Counted from the first letter of the stretch, positions 31,441 through 42,035 are shown. The stretch is DNA of 64,000 bases from an uncultured delta proteobacterium (GCA_963850305.1 CAWKKR010000006.1:96001-160000), one strand, 5' to 3'. A program made the numbers and translations. Notes: generated from the sequence alone by a model not told the origin.

Positions 31441-32708
31441 CCTTCGCTTCCGCGGTGCAGCCGAGCGCCGAAGCCGAGATGCTGGCCGCTCTCACGCCAG
31501 CCCTGGCGGCCACGAGCCTGCTCTTGCTGGCGTTCATCGCGTACACCGTGAGGTCGCTGTCGCTCGGCCGTTTTCACGACCCGGAGATGGATCATCGCGG
31601 GGTGGGCGGTCTCACCAGCGCCGGCCTCCGGCACTTCTTTGCGTGGATGATGAGGCCGCTCTGGCGCGGGCTCGCGCTCGCGGGCGTACCGCCGAACGCC
31701 ATCACGACGCTCTCCTTCTCGCTGGCGGTGGGGGCCGGGGTCGCCGCGGCGGTAGGCAGGTTCGCGCTTGCGGGCTGGGTCTTCATTGCAGCGGGCACTC
31801 TGGACTTCCTCGACGGCCGCGTTGCGCGCGAGACCGGCAAGGCAACGCGCGGCGGCGCGCTCCTCGACTCGGTGCTGGATCGCTATTGCGAGTCCGCCCT
31901 GCTCGTCGGGCTCGCCTGGTACTACCGGAGCACGTGGGTGCTGGTGCCGGCGCTGCTCGCGCTGACGGGGTCGCTCTTCGTGCCCTACGTTCGTGCCCGC
32001 GGCGAAGCGATCGGCGTTCAGATGAAGGATGTGGGGTTCATGCAGCGGCCAGAACGGCTGGCGCTCCTCGGGCTGGGCGTCGCGTTTGGTCCCGTGCCGC
32101 AGGCCCTGCTCTTCGGCGACGAGGCGCACCCGCGGTACCACCTTGCGATCGCGGCACTCGTCGTCCTTGCCGCGACGTCGCACGCGACGGCCCTGCAGCG
32201 GCTGGCGCACCTTCTCCGGGCGCTCGGCGGGAAGGCGACGACGGGGGTGGAGACTCTGCGCCGGGCGCCGCGCGCCCTGATCGTGAGCGCCGTCGCGACG
32301 TTCTGCGACTATCTCGTGACGCGGAATCTGGTCGAATTCCACGTCGCCTCGCCGCCGGTTGCGACGGCGGTCGGCTGTGCCGTGGGCGGCGTGATCGCAT
32401 TCATCCTGTCCCGAGAGTGGGCGTTCGGCGCCCGCGGGGGCTCGGTGAAGGCACAGGCCGCGCGCTATGCGTTCGTCTCGGGCACGAGCGCGCTCCTGAA
32501 TGCCGGCGGCGTCGCGATTGCGCTCCTCGTGCCAGGCGCGGACTACCGCGTGGGCTGGGTCATCACGCGGGCGCTCGTGTTTGCGACGTGGAACTTTCCG
32601 TTGCTCAACGGGTTCGCGTTTCCGGCCCGCGAACGAACCCTGCCGGCGCTCGAGGGCGCGTCGGAAGCAAACCGGACGCTCGAGGATGGAGCCAAGGTGT
32701 CGCCGTGA
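31437..32708 (+). CDS. CDP-alcohol phosphatidyltransferase fused to a GtrA-like domain
   Basis: DFLDGRVARETGKATRGGALLDSVLD fits DxxDGxxAR-x8-GxxxDxxxD; C-terminal 4-TM domain with SREWAF and RYAFV. Confidence 0.9.
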   Translation: MTFASAVQPSAEAEMLAALTPALAATSLLLLAFIAYTVRSLSLGRFHDPEMDHRGVGGLTSAGLRHFFAWMMRPLWRGLALAGVPPNAITTLSFSLAVGAGVAAAVGRFALAGWVFIAAGTLDFLDGRVARETGKATRGGALLDSVLDRYCESALLVGLAWYYRSTWVLVPALLALTGSLFVPYVRARGEAIGVQMKDVGFMQRPERLALLGLGVAFGPVPQALLFGDEAHPRYHLAIAALVVLAATSHATALQRLAHLLRALGGKATTGVETLRRAPRALIVSAVATFCDYLVTRNLVEFHVASPPVATAVGCAVGGVIAFILSREWAFGARGGSVKAQAARYAFVSGTSALLNAGGVAIALLVPGADYRVGWVITRALVFATWNFPLLNGFAFPARERTLPALEGASEANRTLEDGAKVSP

Positions 32709-33649
32709 CGCGGGTCGAGCCGGGCAGGGCAATGGCAAGCTGGGGTGTCGCGTGGCCATTGCCGTTCTTGCCGCTCGCTTACGCTCTGTTGCTCGCCGGG
32801 CTCGGACGTACGGTGCGCCCAGAAATCTGGATCATCGCGACCATCGTTCTGATCGTGAGCTTCGCGAGTCGGTCGAGTGCGGCTTTCGCGAAAGACGCGT
32901 ACCCGTACGTCGCGGTCGCGCTGGGGTACGATTCCGTGCGGTATCTACGCGCCGCGTGGGCCGCTCCGGAGGACGTGATCGGCTGCGGCATGCGGGAGGT
33001 CGAGCTCCGGCTTTTTTCGGTCGCGCCGAACGTCACGATCCAGGACTTCTTCGCCGTGCACCACACGCCCGCGGCCGATCTGTTCCTCGCGGTGCCGTAC
33101 ACGATCTTCGTGTATCTCGCGTTCGGGTACGCCTGTTTCCTGTACTTCCACGACCGGCCGAGGATGCGCCACTTCCTGTGGGCGTTCGCGTTCGCGAACT
33201 TTGCTTCGTACGCACTCTGGCTCCTCGTACCGACGGCGCCGCCCTGGTACGTCCGCGCACACGGCTGCGCGATAGACCTGGCGACGCTCCCGAGTCCGGG
33301 TGGGCTCGGGCGAGTGGACGCGCTCCTCGGGATTGACTACTTTCACTCCTTCTACTCTCGCGCGTCGTCGGTGTTCGGCGCGATGCCCTCGATGCACTGC
33401 GCATATCCAATGCTCGGCTTACTGACGGCCTGGAGGCACATTGGCTGGAAGACGCGCCCGCTCCACCTCTCTTACGTTGCGTGGATGGCTCTGGCGTCGG
33501 TGTACTTCAGCCATCACTGGGTACTCGACGTACTCGCGGGGTGGCTCGTCGCGCTCGCTGCCACGGTGGTGGCTGGCTGGGTGCTCGACCTCTCCGCGCG
33601 GCACGTAGCGTCGAAGGAAGCGTCGAAGGCGCTGCTCGAGGTCCGCTGA
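32705..33649 (+). CDS. Aur1/IPC-synthase-like PAP2 membrane phosphotransferase
   Basis: APPWY, GAMPSMH and YFSHHWVLD match Aur1-type motifs. Confidence 0.85.
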   Translation: MTRVEPGRAMASWGVAWPLPFLPLAYALLLAGLGRTVRPEIWIIATIVLIVSFASRSSAAFAKDAYPYVAVALGYDSVRYLRAAWAAPEDVIGCGMREVELRLFSVAPNVTIQDFFAVHHTPAADLFLAVPYTIFVYLAFGYACFLYFHDRPRMRHFLWAFAFANFASYALWLLVPTAPPWYVRAHGCAIDLATLPSPGGLGRVDALLGIDYFHSFYSRASSVFGAMPSMHCAYPMLGLLTAWRHIGWKTRPLHLSYVAWMALASVYFSHHWVLDVLAGWLVALAATVVAGWVLDLSARHVASKEASKALLEVR

Positions 33650-33660
33650 AAGGGGAAACG

Positions 33661-34371
33661 GTGCCGGAAGCAACCACGCGACGAGCGACGGGCGGACGAC
33701 ACGCGCGGCCCTGCGGGCGGCCGGTGGGTGGCAGCGCGAAGATCGTGCAGGCGATCTTGCGAGCGACGTTTCAACAGCTCGGCGAGCGGGGTTTCTCGGC
33801 GCTCTCGGTGGAAGACGTGGCGAGAACGGCCGGGATCAACAAGACCACCGTCTATCGGAGGTGGCCCACGAAGGCGGATCTCGTCGTCGCCGCGATCCTT
33901 GCCGCGCGGGACGAGATGCCGCCCTTCGAGGAGACCGGAGATCTCCGGGGGGATCTGGTGAGACTGATCCGCATGAAGATGGCGCGCGTCGCCACGCCGC
34001 GCGGCAAGAAGATTGCGCGGGCCCTCATCGGTTTCGACGACGATCCGGAGCTCGCGCGAGTCGCGCGAGCGTTTCGCGAGCACCGGTACTCGTTGCCGAG
34101 CTCGATCATTCACCGCGCGGTGGAACGAGGGGAGCTGCGTGCGGACACGGATCCAGAACTCCTGAGCGAGCTGATCCATGCCGCGGTCTTTCACCGCGCG
34201 ATCGTGCTAAACGACCCCATCGACGTGGCGTACATCGAACGAGTCGTGGATCAGGTCCTGGCGGGAGCGCGCTCTCGGGGCGGCAAGCGTATCGGGAACC
34301 GAGTCAGGGTGGACGCGCCACGGCGCATTGGCGCTCGCCTTCGCGCGGCCGGTCTGCGTTCCAGGCTTTGA
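33661..34371 (+). CDS. TetR-family regulator
   Basis: SVEDVARTAGINKTTVYRRWPTK. Confidence 0.9.
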   Translation: MPEATTRRATGGRHARPCGRPVGGSAKIVQAILRATFQQLGERGFSALSVEDVARTAGINKTTVYRRWPTKADLVVAAILAARDEMPPFEETGDLRGDLVRLIRMKMARVATPRGKKIARALIGFDDDPELARVARAFREHRYSLPSSIIHRAVERGELRADTDPELLSELIHAAVFHRAIVLNDPIDVAYIERVVDQVLAGARSRGGKRIGNRVRVDAPRRIGARLRAAGLRSRL

Positions 34372-34387
34372 GTTTCCCTTCGGGACG

Positions 34388-36025
34388 ATGAAAAAAGTCG
34401 CAATCCTGGGTGGCGGCGTCGGAGGTTTGACGGCGGCGCACGAACTTTCCGAGCGCGGCTTCGCGGTCACGGTTTACGAGAAGGACCCGGTGCTGTTCGG
34501 CGGCAAGGCGCGGAGCATACGGGTGGTCGGCACGGGCAAGAACGGGCGAAGGGACCTCCCCGGCGAGCATGGGTTCCGGTTCTTCCCTGGATTTTACAGG
34601 CACGTCCCCGACACGATGAAGCGCACTCCGTTCGCAGCCAACCGGAACGGAGTGCTCGACAATCTCACGCCCGCCACTCACGTGCAGCTTGCTCGAAAAG
34701 GGAAGGACGAGGTCTACCTGCCGCTTGCATTGCCGGGGCGCCTGGCGGAAATCCGGGAGTGGGCCGAGACGATGGTCCGGCTCCGTCACGTCGAGCTTTC
34801 CGTCGCGGATCTGGCGTTCTTCGGCCTGCGCCTCCTGACGTTGCAGACCAGCTGTGACGCGCGTCGCGAGGCGGAGTGGGAGCGCGTGCCCTGGTGGGAC
34901 TTCGTCGATGCGCAGAACCGGTCCCCCGATTTTGCTCGACTGCTCGCGCGGGGGTTCACGCGGACGCTCGTCGCGATGAAGGCGGAAGAGGCCAGCACGC
35001 GGACGGTCGGACTGATCTTGCTTCAGCTCTTGCACGACTCGACCCTGCGCCTCAAGGAGTGCGATCGCCTCCTCAGCGGTCCGACGAACGACGTCTGGAT
35101 CGAACCATGGTTGACTCACCTGCGGCGTCAGGGCGTCACGTTCGAGAACGACGTCGTCGTCACGAAGCTCGATCTCGACGGCGGACGCATCGCCGGCGCC
35201 CATGCGATGAAGGCGGGGCAGCCCTCCAGGATCGATGCGGACTACTTCGTCGCTGCGGTTCCGGTCGAGGTAATGAGCCAGCTCGTCACGCCCGACATTG
35301 CGGCCGCCGCGCCGTCGCTCGCCAATCTGCACGAACTGAAGACCGAGTGGATGAGCGGGATTCAGTTTTATCTGGACCGGGATCCGTCGGTCGTCCGGGG
35401 GCACACGATCTACACGGACTCGTCGTGGGCGCTCACCAGCATCTCGCAGCGCCAGTTCTGGCCCAACGTCGATTTCTCTCAGCTGGGTGACGGCCGGGTG
35501 CGGGGGATCCTGAGCATCGATATCTCCGACTGGGAGCTGCCCGGCACGGAAACGACGCGGAAGCCGGCGCGCGAATGTTCGGCGGAGGAGATTGCTCGAG
35601 AGACATGGGCGCAGATCGAGGCACACCTCAGCGAAGACGGCGTGGACGAGCTCGAGGGTGCCAAAGTGCTCGGCTGGTGCATCGATCCGTCGTTGCGCTT
35701 CGGGCCAGAAGGGGTGGAAAATGAGGCGCCGCTGCTCGTGAACACCGCCGGCAGCCTCCAGTACAGGCCCGACCCCGTCACGGAGATCCAGAATCTCGTG
35801 CTCGCATCCGACTACGTTCGCACTCACACCGATCTTGCGACGATGGAGGCCGCAAACGAGGCCGCGCGGCACGCCGTGAACGGTATCATCCAGCGTTCAG
35901 GCGCGCGCGTCGCGCCGTGTCGAATCTTCCCGATGGACGAGCCCCTGATTTACACGGCCGCGAAGGCGCTCGACTGGACCCGGTTTCGGCTCGGGCTGCC
36001 TCACGTCCTTTCGGGACGTTCGTGA
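34388..36025 (+). CDS. FAD-dependent oxidoreductase (carotenoid desaturase/HpnE-like)
   Basis: VAILGGGVGG, GGKARS, GEHGFRFF, ASDYV...TMEAA. Confidence 0.85.
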   Translation: MKKVAILGGGVGGLTAAHELSERGFAVTVYEKDPVLFGGKARSIRVVGTGKNGRRDLPGEHGFRFFPGFYRHVPDTMKRTPFAANRNGVLDNLTPATHVQLARKGKDEVYLPLALPGRLAEIREWAETMVRLRHVELSVADLAFFGLRLLTLQTSCDARREAEWERVPWWDFVDAQNRSPDFARLLARGFTRTLVAMKAEEASTRTVGLILLQLLHDSTLRLKECDRLLSGPTNDVWIEPWLTHLRRQGVTFENDVVVTKLDLDGGRIAGAHAMKAGQPSRIDADYFVAAVPVEVMSQLVTPDIAAAAPSLANLHELKTEWMSGIQFYLDRDPSVVRGHTIYTDSSWALTSISQRQFWPNVDFSQLGDGRVRGILSIDISDWELPGTETTRKPARECSAEEIARETWAQIEAHLSEDGVDELEGAKVLGWCIDPSLRFGPEGVENEAPLLVNTAGSLQYRPDPVTEIQNLVLASDYVRTHTDLATMEAANEAARHAVNGIIQRSGARVAPCRIFPMDEPLIYTAAKALDWTRFRLGLPHVLSGRS

Positions 36026-36906
36026 AGGTTCACCTCGTCGACGGGACGTACGAGCTCTTTCGTGCCTTCTACGGCGGACCCCCTTCCGTGGGCGCCGACG
36101 GCACCGAGAACGGCGCGGTGCGAACCCTGGTTCGCAGTCTGCTCGCGTTGCTTCGCGATCCGGAAGTGACGCACATCGGATGCGCGTTCGATCACGTCAT
36201 CGAGTCGTTCAGGAACACGCTCTTCGACGGCTACAAGACGGGCGATGGCATCGAACCCAGCCTGTTCTCTCAGTTCGAACTCGCGGAGAACGCTTGCCGC
36301 GCGCTCGGCATCGCGACGTGGCCGATGATCGAATTCGAAGCGGACGACGCGCTCGCGACGATGGCGGCTCGTGCCGCGGCGGACGGTCGTGTCACCCAGG
36401 TCGTGGTGTGTACCCCCGACAAGGACCTCGCACAGTGCGTCCAGGGGCGCCGCGTGATCTGTCTCGACCGTATGCGGAAGAAGGAGCTCGATGAATCGGG
36501 CGTCGTCGATAAGTTCGGCGTGGGGCCCCGGAGCATCCCGGATTTTCTGGCGCTCGTCGGGGACAGCGCGGACGGCATTCCGGGAATTGCCGGCTTCGGG
36601 GCGAAGTCAGCAGGCGCGCTCCTCGCCGTCTACGGCAAGTTGGAAGCGATCCCGGCGCGCGCCGACGACTGGACGCCGAGGATCCGAGGAGCCGCGCGTC
36701 TCGGCGCGGCGCTCGAGTCGGGCCGAGCCGATGCGCTTCTTTATCGCACGCTGGCGACGCTGCGGGACGACGTGCCGCTCACCGAGAACGTCGATGATCT
36801 CGAGTGGCGCGTGCCTCCCGGCGAAAAGCTTTCGGAGCTCGCGAGGCTGCTGGACGACCCGGGGGTCGTCGAACGCGCGATGGACACGGTCCGGGCTCGC
36901 GGCTGA
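36022..36906 (+). CDS. Stand-alone 5'-3' exonuclease / flap endonuclease
   Basis: LVDG, FRAFY, FEADD, TPDKD, LVGDSADGIPG. Confidence 0.92.
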   Translation: MKVHLVDGTYELFRAFYGGPPSVGADGTENGAVRTLVRSLLALLRDPEVTHIGCAFDHVIESFRNTLFDGYKTGDGIEPSLFSQFELAENACRALGIATWPMIEFEADDALATMAARAAADGRVTQVVVCTPDKDLAQCVQGRRVICLDRMRKKELDESGVVDKFGVGPRSIPDFLALVGDSADGIPGIAGFGAKSAGALLAVYGKLEAIPARADDWTPRIRGAARLGAALESGRADALLYRTLATLRDDVPLTENVDDLEWRVPPGEKLSELARLLDDPGVVERAMDTVRARG

Positions 36907-37006
36907 AACTCGGCGTCATTGCCTGCACCAGCGTCCGGGCGCTGCGGCAGTCGGCCGCGCCGAATGTCGTTTCAACGGAAAGGGCGCTATGACATGCTCC
37001 GCGCCG

Positions 37007-37489
37007 ATGGGCGAGACCGAGGCTCCGCTTCAGAATTCCGGGGAAACCGTCAGCGTTCTCTTGATCGCCATCGATGCTTCCTCCGAGGCGTCGCGGGTCA
37101 TCTCCACCGGCACGCGGCTGGCGCGATCGGCTCCGGAGGCCACGGTGCACCTGGCGCACGTGTTCAAGGCGAGTCGTCTGGATCGCGCTCGAGCGGGCGC
37201 GCCCGTACAGTCCGGCGAGGCCCTCGAAGAGGCGAAGGAATACCTGGAGTCGCAGGTTCGCGCGGCGCGACGGCAATGCCGCAACCCGGTCGTCTCTCAT
37301 CTGCCCGTCGGAGATCCGAACTCCGAAGTCATCCGATTGGCGGAGGAACTGCGCGCCGACATGCTCGTCGTGGGCACGCATGACCACATGGGGTTCGAGC
37401 GCTTGCTTCTGGGCTCGATCGCCGAGTCGCTGGTTCGCAAGGCACCGTGCTCCGTCATGGTGGTACGCAGGCCGCATCACACGCGGTAG
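37007..37489 (+). CDS. Universal stress protein
   Basis: LIAID...; GDP...DMLVVGTH...LLGSIAESLVRKAPCSV. Confidence 0.9.
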   Translation: MGETEAPLQNSGETVSVLLIAIDASSEASRVISTGTRLARSAPEATVHLAHVFKASRLDRARAGAPVQSGEALEEAKEYLESQVRAARRQCRNPVVSHLPVGDPNSEVIRLAEELRADMLVVGTHDHMGFERLLLGSIAESLVRKAPCSVMVVRRPHHTR

Positions 37490-37716
37490 GCGCCTTGGCT
37501 TGGCGACAACGAGGAGTCTCGTGTCTGCCGTCGGTGGCCGCAGGTTTCCCGGGTGTTTCTGCCCCTGGCTTCTCGAGCCTTTGTCGTGCACCGAGCCGTT
37601 TTTCATTTCGTGAATGACCCCATTATGTGTTCCTTAGTGCTCGGAAACCGGAGAGAAGCATCGCCGGGACGTTCCGGCCGAACTACGACGACCATCTTCT
37701 GCTTCGAGGCTTGAGC

Positions 37717-38973
37717 GTGGAATCTCTGGAATTGCCTACCTGGACGATGCTGCCGTTCCCGGCGCTGGTTCTCGCCATCGCGTCGCTGCCCATCCTGGTT
37801 CCGCACTTCTGGGAGAAGCGCAGTTTCCAGATTGCCGTGCTGGTCGTGCTCTCCGGGCCCGTGGTTTACGAGCTGGCGTCAATGGGCCAGACGGGTGCGC
37901 TCGTCGAAACGGCGGGCGAATATGCGTCGTTCATTACCACGCTGGGCGCGCTCTTCGTCGCAGCCGGCGGCGTTTACGCGATGGGCGATCTCGAGGCGAC
38001 ACCGGCTGCGAACGTCGGTTTCTTGCTGGTTGGCTCCGTGCTGGCGAGCCTGATCGGGACCACCGGCGCCAGCGTGCTCATCATTCGTCCACTCCTTCGC
38101 GCCAACTCCCAGCGGGAACACACGGCACATCTCGTTCCATTCTTCATCCTCGCCGTGGCGAACGCGGGCGGCTTGCTCACGCCGCTCGGCGATCCGCCGC
38201 TCCTCATCGGATTCATCGAGGGTGTGCCGTTCTTCTGGACGCTCCGGCTGCTTCCGGTCTGGGTCCTCTATGTGGGCAGCTTCGCCGTCGGTCTTTACCT
38301 CGCCGATCGGCGCGCTTATGCGCGCGAAAGCGCCGCCGCGATCGCCAGGGATCGCGCGGAAGTCACGCCACTCAGCGTTCGCGGGTGGCACAACCTGCTC
38401 TGGCTCGTGGCGGTGATCGCCGCGGCGTTCTTGCCGCGGCCTTTTCGCGAACTCGCGATGGTGGGGATCGGGCTCGCATCGTATTTCGGCACCTCGCGGG
38501 AGGTGCACGACCTCAACGGGTTCTCGCTCGCGCCGCTCGTCGAGGTGGCGCTCGTATTTTCGGGGCTCTTTGCCTGCCTCATTCCAATCGAGGCGGGTCT
38601 GGGCGCTCGCGCCGCGAGCCTGCCTTTGCAGCACGGATGGCAGCTGTTCTGGGTCTCCGGCGGTCTGTCCGCCGTGCTGGACAACGCGCCGACGTACGCC
38701 GCGTTCACGGCGCTGGCGCGCGGGCTTTCGGCCGGGCACGGACATCTCGTTGCGGGCGTCACTCCGTTGATGCTGGCGTCCGTCAGCGCCGGCAGCGTCG
38801 TCATGGGGGCCACTACTTACATCGGCAACGGTCCGAATCTGATCATCAAGAGCATCGCCGAGAAAGCCGGGTACTCGCTGCCGAGCTTCATCCGGTTCGC
38901 GTTCTTCGCGTTCTTCGCGATGCTTCCGGCGCATCTGATCATGACGGGTGTGCTGACCTGGCTCGAGCGGTGA
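37717..38973 (+). CDS. Putative Na+/H+ antiporter (ion transporter superfamily)
   Basis: Multi-TM; GTTGAS, TPLGDPP, LDNAPTY, TYIGNGPN; start uncertain. Confidence 0.8.
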   Translation: MESLELPTWTMLPFPALVLAIASLPILVPHFWEKRSFQIAVLVVLSGPVVYELASMGQTGALVETAGEYASFITTLGALFVAAGGVYAMGDLEATPAANVGFLLVGSVLASLIGTTGASVLIIRPLLRANSQREHTAHLVPFFILAVANAGGLLTPLGDPPLLIGFIEGVPFFWTLRLLPVWVLYVGSFAVGLYLADRRAYARESAAAIARDRAEVTPLSVRGWHNLLWLVAVIAAAFLPRPFRELAMVGIGLASYFGTSREVHDLNGFSLAPLVEVALVFSGLFACLIPIEAGLGARAASLPLQHGWQLFWVSGGLSAVLDNAPTYAAFTALARGLSAGHGHLVAGVTPLMLASVSAGSVVMGATTYIGNGPNLIIKSIAEKAGYSLPSFIRFAFFAFFAMLPAHLIMTGVLTWLER

Positions 38974-38981
38974 GCATCCGA

Positions 38982-41900
38982 TCAGCGTCGAGGCGACGAC
39001 GCGCTCCCGACGATGCCGTGGGCAACGGCGAGGGATGGGTCCTCTCGGCATTTTCGGCGCACACGTTCCGGGAAGTAGCGCGCCGCGACGCGTGACCAGT
39101 CGAAGTCTTTCTTTCCGTCCGCGTTGGCCAGCTGTTTCCACCAGCTCTTCGGCTCCTTCCAGGATGGCTCGAGGAGCGACCAGAGCGCGGCGCTGTTGAC
39201 CATGACGCCGTCCTCCAGGTCCATCGTGAAGCGAGCGTCGGCTTCGCGTGGTTTCGTCTTGTCGTCCGCCGGCGGCGGACCGTGTTCGGCGAGGTCAAGG
39301 ACCTTGGCCATGAAGTCATTCAGTTCATCCAGGACCTTCTGCCCGCCCGAAGCGGGTTCGGCCCTGAGCTGCGCGCTCTCCTTCATCAGGTGCCCCGTCA
39401 GGAGCGTGCTCAGCGTGTCGCCCGTGAAGCGGTGGATCGACACGAGCGCGACGAAGGTCTTCTTGCTCGAGGCGAGCGGGAGATAAATCGGCCGATTTTC
39501 GTAAAGTTCGCGATGGGATTGGAAGAAGGTGAGACGAAGGTAATGGTCGAGCTCGGCGCCCGGATCGATGTCCACCCCGTGCCGGCCCCAGGCTGCCACG
39601 AGACCCGCGCATGCGGGATCACCGAGGGACGATGTCGCGCGACCGAGAAATAGAATGCCGTGCGGCAAAGCGTGCTCGAGCGAAGTCGCAAGACCCCCGT
39701 TCGGACCGAACCGTCCGAGCGCAACCCCGACGGCATGGGACACGTGCCGCCATGCCGAGATCCCGCTGCCCGTGAAACCGGTTCGAGGCAGAGGTTCACC
39801 TTTCGGTCGATCGACGGCGCGCTGGGCCCAGGCCTGGGCTTCTTCCCAGGGGTCCGAGGCGGGGCAGTCGTAGTCGAGTGCCAGCTCGGAGCCGCATTCG
39901 GATTCGACAAACGCGTGACGGAGCACCCCGACGATCTCGCCGGCGCAGTCCACGGGGTCGAACGGCAGGCGTCGGACATCGCCGAGCTGGAAATTGATCG
40001 TCGGATTGAAGGCGGACGCGAGCTCTCGCACGGCGGTGCGATTCAGAGCGCAGACGAGCTCCGCGGCGGTGACGCGATCGTTCGGAAAGAAGGACGCTCC
40101 GGAGACGTCGCGCACGCTCGCCACCGAGTGTAACCTTGCGCCAAACCGCTGACCGATGGTCGTGTATGCCACCCCGAGCGAGTCGGGGCGCGCCACGCGA
40201 ACGCTCGGTACCAGCTGGCGGAGCTCGCGCGCGTCGTCCGCAGTCCGCAACAGCCACCGGCAAGGTTCTATCCACTCGCGGCCCTCGGCACCCTTCAGAT
40301 AAGGGACGTGCCTCGCGCCGGGCCGCCCGTCCACCGCGGCGCGCGCGTCCTCGAGCGCGAGTTCCCAGATCGCGCGGAGGAACCGATCGTTGTTCGTGGT
40401 CGCGATGCCTCCGGCTCCATCCGCGAGCTCGCCGATCTTCTTCAGACTCGCATAACGGCGAATGAACTCCGCTTCGACCCAGAATAACAGCGGCGCGCCG
40501 TCTATGGCGGCGAAGACGGCCGGCTCGAACGGGCGCAGAAGATCGGGCTCGCCGAGGGCGGCGGCGAGCGCGGTCACCTGCGACGCTGGTATCGCGTCGC
40601 GACTCCCGACACGACCGGCAAGCGATATCGCTCCGGGCGCGGGCGTGGGCGATGCGACGACCATGGCCGTTTGAATGAGCTTCGACGCTCGCCGGAACGC
40701 GCCCTTGCCGAGGTCCACGATGGCCACGATGTGCCCCCGAAGCATGCGTTCCCGGACGCCTCGATAGGTGCTCAGAAACATCCAGTTCGAGAGCGCCACG
40801 AAGGCGATGAGGCCGGACGGTTTGCAAAGCTCGAACGCGCGATCGACGAAGGCCGCGAAGATGTCTGGCGCGCCGTTGAAAGCCTTCGCGAGTTCGGAGG
40901 CCGGCATGTCGATCTTGGACGTGGCCAGATACGGCGGATTGAACACGACGACGTCGTACTGGCCGTCCGTCAGGATCGAGCGTAATCGCCGGCCCGCGCC
41001 GGCTGGCGTACCGTCGAATCTCACGCCGAGATCGTCCGTGCAACAGTGGCGCGTGAAGAGCCGCTCGTCGTCGTCGAACAGCGTCGTGGCCCTGCCGGCT
41101 CCGAAGCGGATGAGGCTACCGCGTACCCCCGGATGACCGTCCACGTCGAAGGTCGCGGCCACCAGATTCATCGGCGGGATGAGCGCATGGGGCGCGAGGC
41201 GCTTTGCTTTCAGGTAAAGCACGGCCGCGGACACCTGCACGGCACGAGCGTCGATGTCGACGCCGTACAGGTTGTGCCCGAGGATTCTGGCGGCGATCTC
41301 GGCGTCGGAGAATTCACGAGCCTCCTGTCGATAGAGCTGGACCAGGAGGTCGAACGCGGCCGCAAGCAGGTGTCCGCAGCCGCACGCAGGATCGAGGATC
41401 TCGAGCTCGGAAGCGCGCGACACCGCTGCGAGTCGCCCGACGCTGTTCGCGAGGAGCCACTCTGCCATATAGTGTTCGGTGAAGAGCTGCGTCTTCGAGG
41501 CGATCTCCTGAACGGAAACTTTTCCTCGGGGTCCGACGCGCGCGTCGATGGCCTCACGCTGCGGGTCGTTCCAGAACTGGTATACCCAGCCAAGGGTCGT
41601 GTCGTCGAGCCACGCGGCGTCGAGGTCCGGCGCATTCAGCGCGTCGACCAGTTCGCGGAGGTTGTCGCCCGACGGCGTGAATGTACGGCCGAGCGGCACG
41701 GCGGCGTAAAGGCCCGGTAGCTGAACACCGAGGTCGTCGAACGCACGCTGCAGCGCAGCGGAGTAGCTTCGGTGCTCGTCGAGGGGGACGTCGGGCTCGG
41801 ATGCGCGGAACTCCAGGTAGCCCGGGCTCTGCCAGCCGCCCGTGAGGGTATGTCGCTCCACCACGTTGCAAGCTTCGAGCTGACGAAGAAAGACGAGCGC

Positions 41901-42035
41901 CAGCACCGTGTGCGCGGCCGCGTCGGACCGAGCGCGAGTATCTGCGTCGAGCGGCTCCTCCTGTTCGAGCAGGGAACGCAGGCGTCGAATCCGGAGCGAT
42001 AGGGCCTCCATGGCCGCGGGCGCCATTTCAGTCAT
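38982..42035 (-). CDS. pglX: Adenine DNA methyltransferase, BREX PglX (BrxX)/Eco57I-like
   Basis: LGWVYQFW, TQLFT..YM, ILDPACGCG motif I, NPPY motif IV, DLEDGVMVN. Confidence 0.75.
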   Translation of the reverse strand: MTEMAPAAMEALSLRIRRLRSLLEQEEPLDADTRARSDAAAHTVLALVFLRQLEACNVVERHTLTGGWQSPGYLEFRASEPDVPLDEHRSYSAALQRAFDDLGVQLPGLYAAVPLGRTFTPSGDNLRELVDALNAPDLDAAWLDDTTLGWVYQFWNDPQREAIDARVGPRGKVSVQEIASKTQLFTEHYMAEWLLANSVGRLAAVSRASELEILDPACGCGHLLAAAFDLLVQLYRQEAREFSDAEIAARILGHNLYGVDIDARAVQVSAAVLYLKAKRLAPHALIPPMNLVAATFDVDGHPGVRGSLIRFGAGRATTLFDDDERLFTRHCCTDDLGVRFDGTPAGAGRRLRSILTDGQYDVVVFNPPYLATSKIDMPASELAKAFNGAPDIFAAFVDRAFELCKPSGLIAFVALSNWMFLSTYRGVRERMLRGHIVAIVDLGKGAFRRASKLIQTAMVVASPTPAPGAISLAGRVGSRDAIPASQVTALAAALGEPDLLRPFEPAVFAAIDGAPLLFWVEAEFIRRYASLKKIGELADGAGGIATTNNDRFLRAIWELALEDARAAVDGRPGARHVPYLKGAEGREWIEPCRWLLRTADDARELRQLVPSVRVARPDSLGVAYTTIGQRFGARLHSVASVRDVSGASFFPNDRVTAAELVCALNRTAVRELASAFNPTINFQLGDVRRLPFDPVDCAGEIVGVLRHAFVESECGSELALDYDCPASDPWEEAQAWAQRAVDRPKGEPLPRTGFTGSGISAWRHVSHAVGVALGRFGPNGGLATSLEHALPHGILFLGRATSSLGDPACAGLVAAWGRHGVDIDPGAELDHYLRLTFFQSHRELYENRPIYLPLASSKKTFVALVSIHRFTGDTLSTLLTGHLMKESAQLRAEPASGGQKVLDELNDFMAKVLDLAEHGPPPADDKTKPREADARFTMDLEDGVMVNSAALWSLLEPSWKEPKSWWKQLANADGKKDFDWSRVAARYFPERVRRKCREDPSLAVAHGIVGSASSPRR

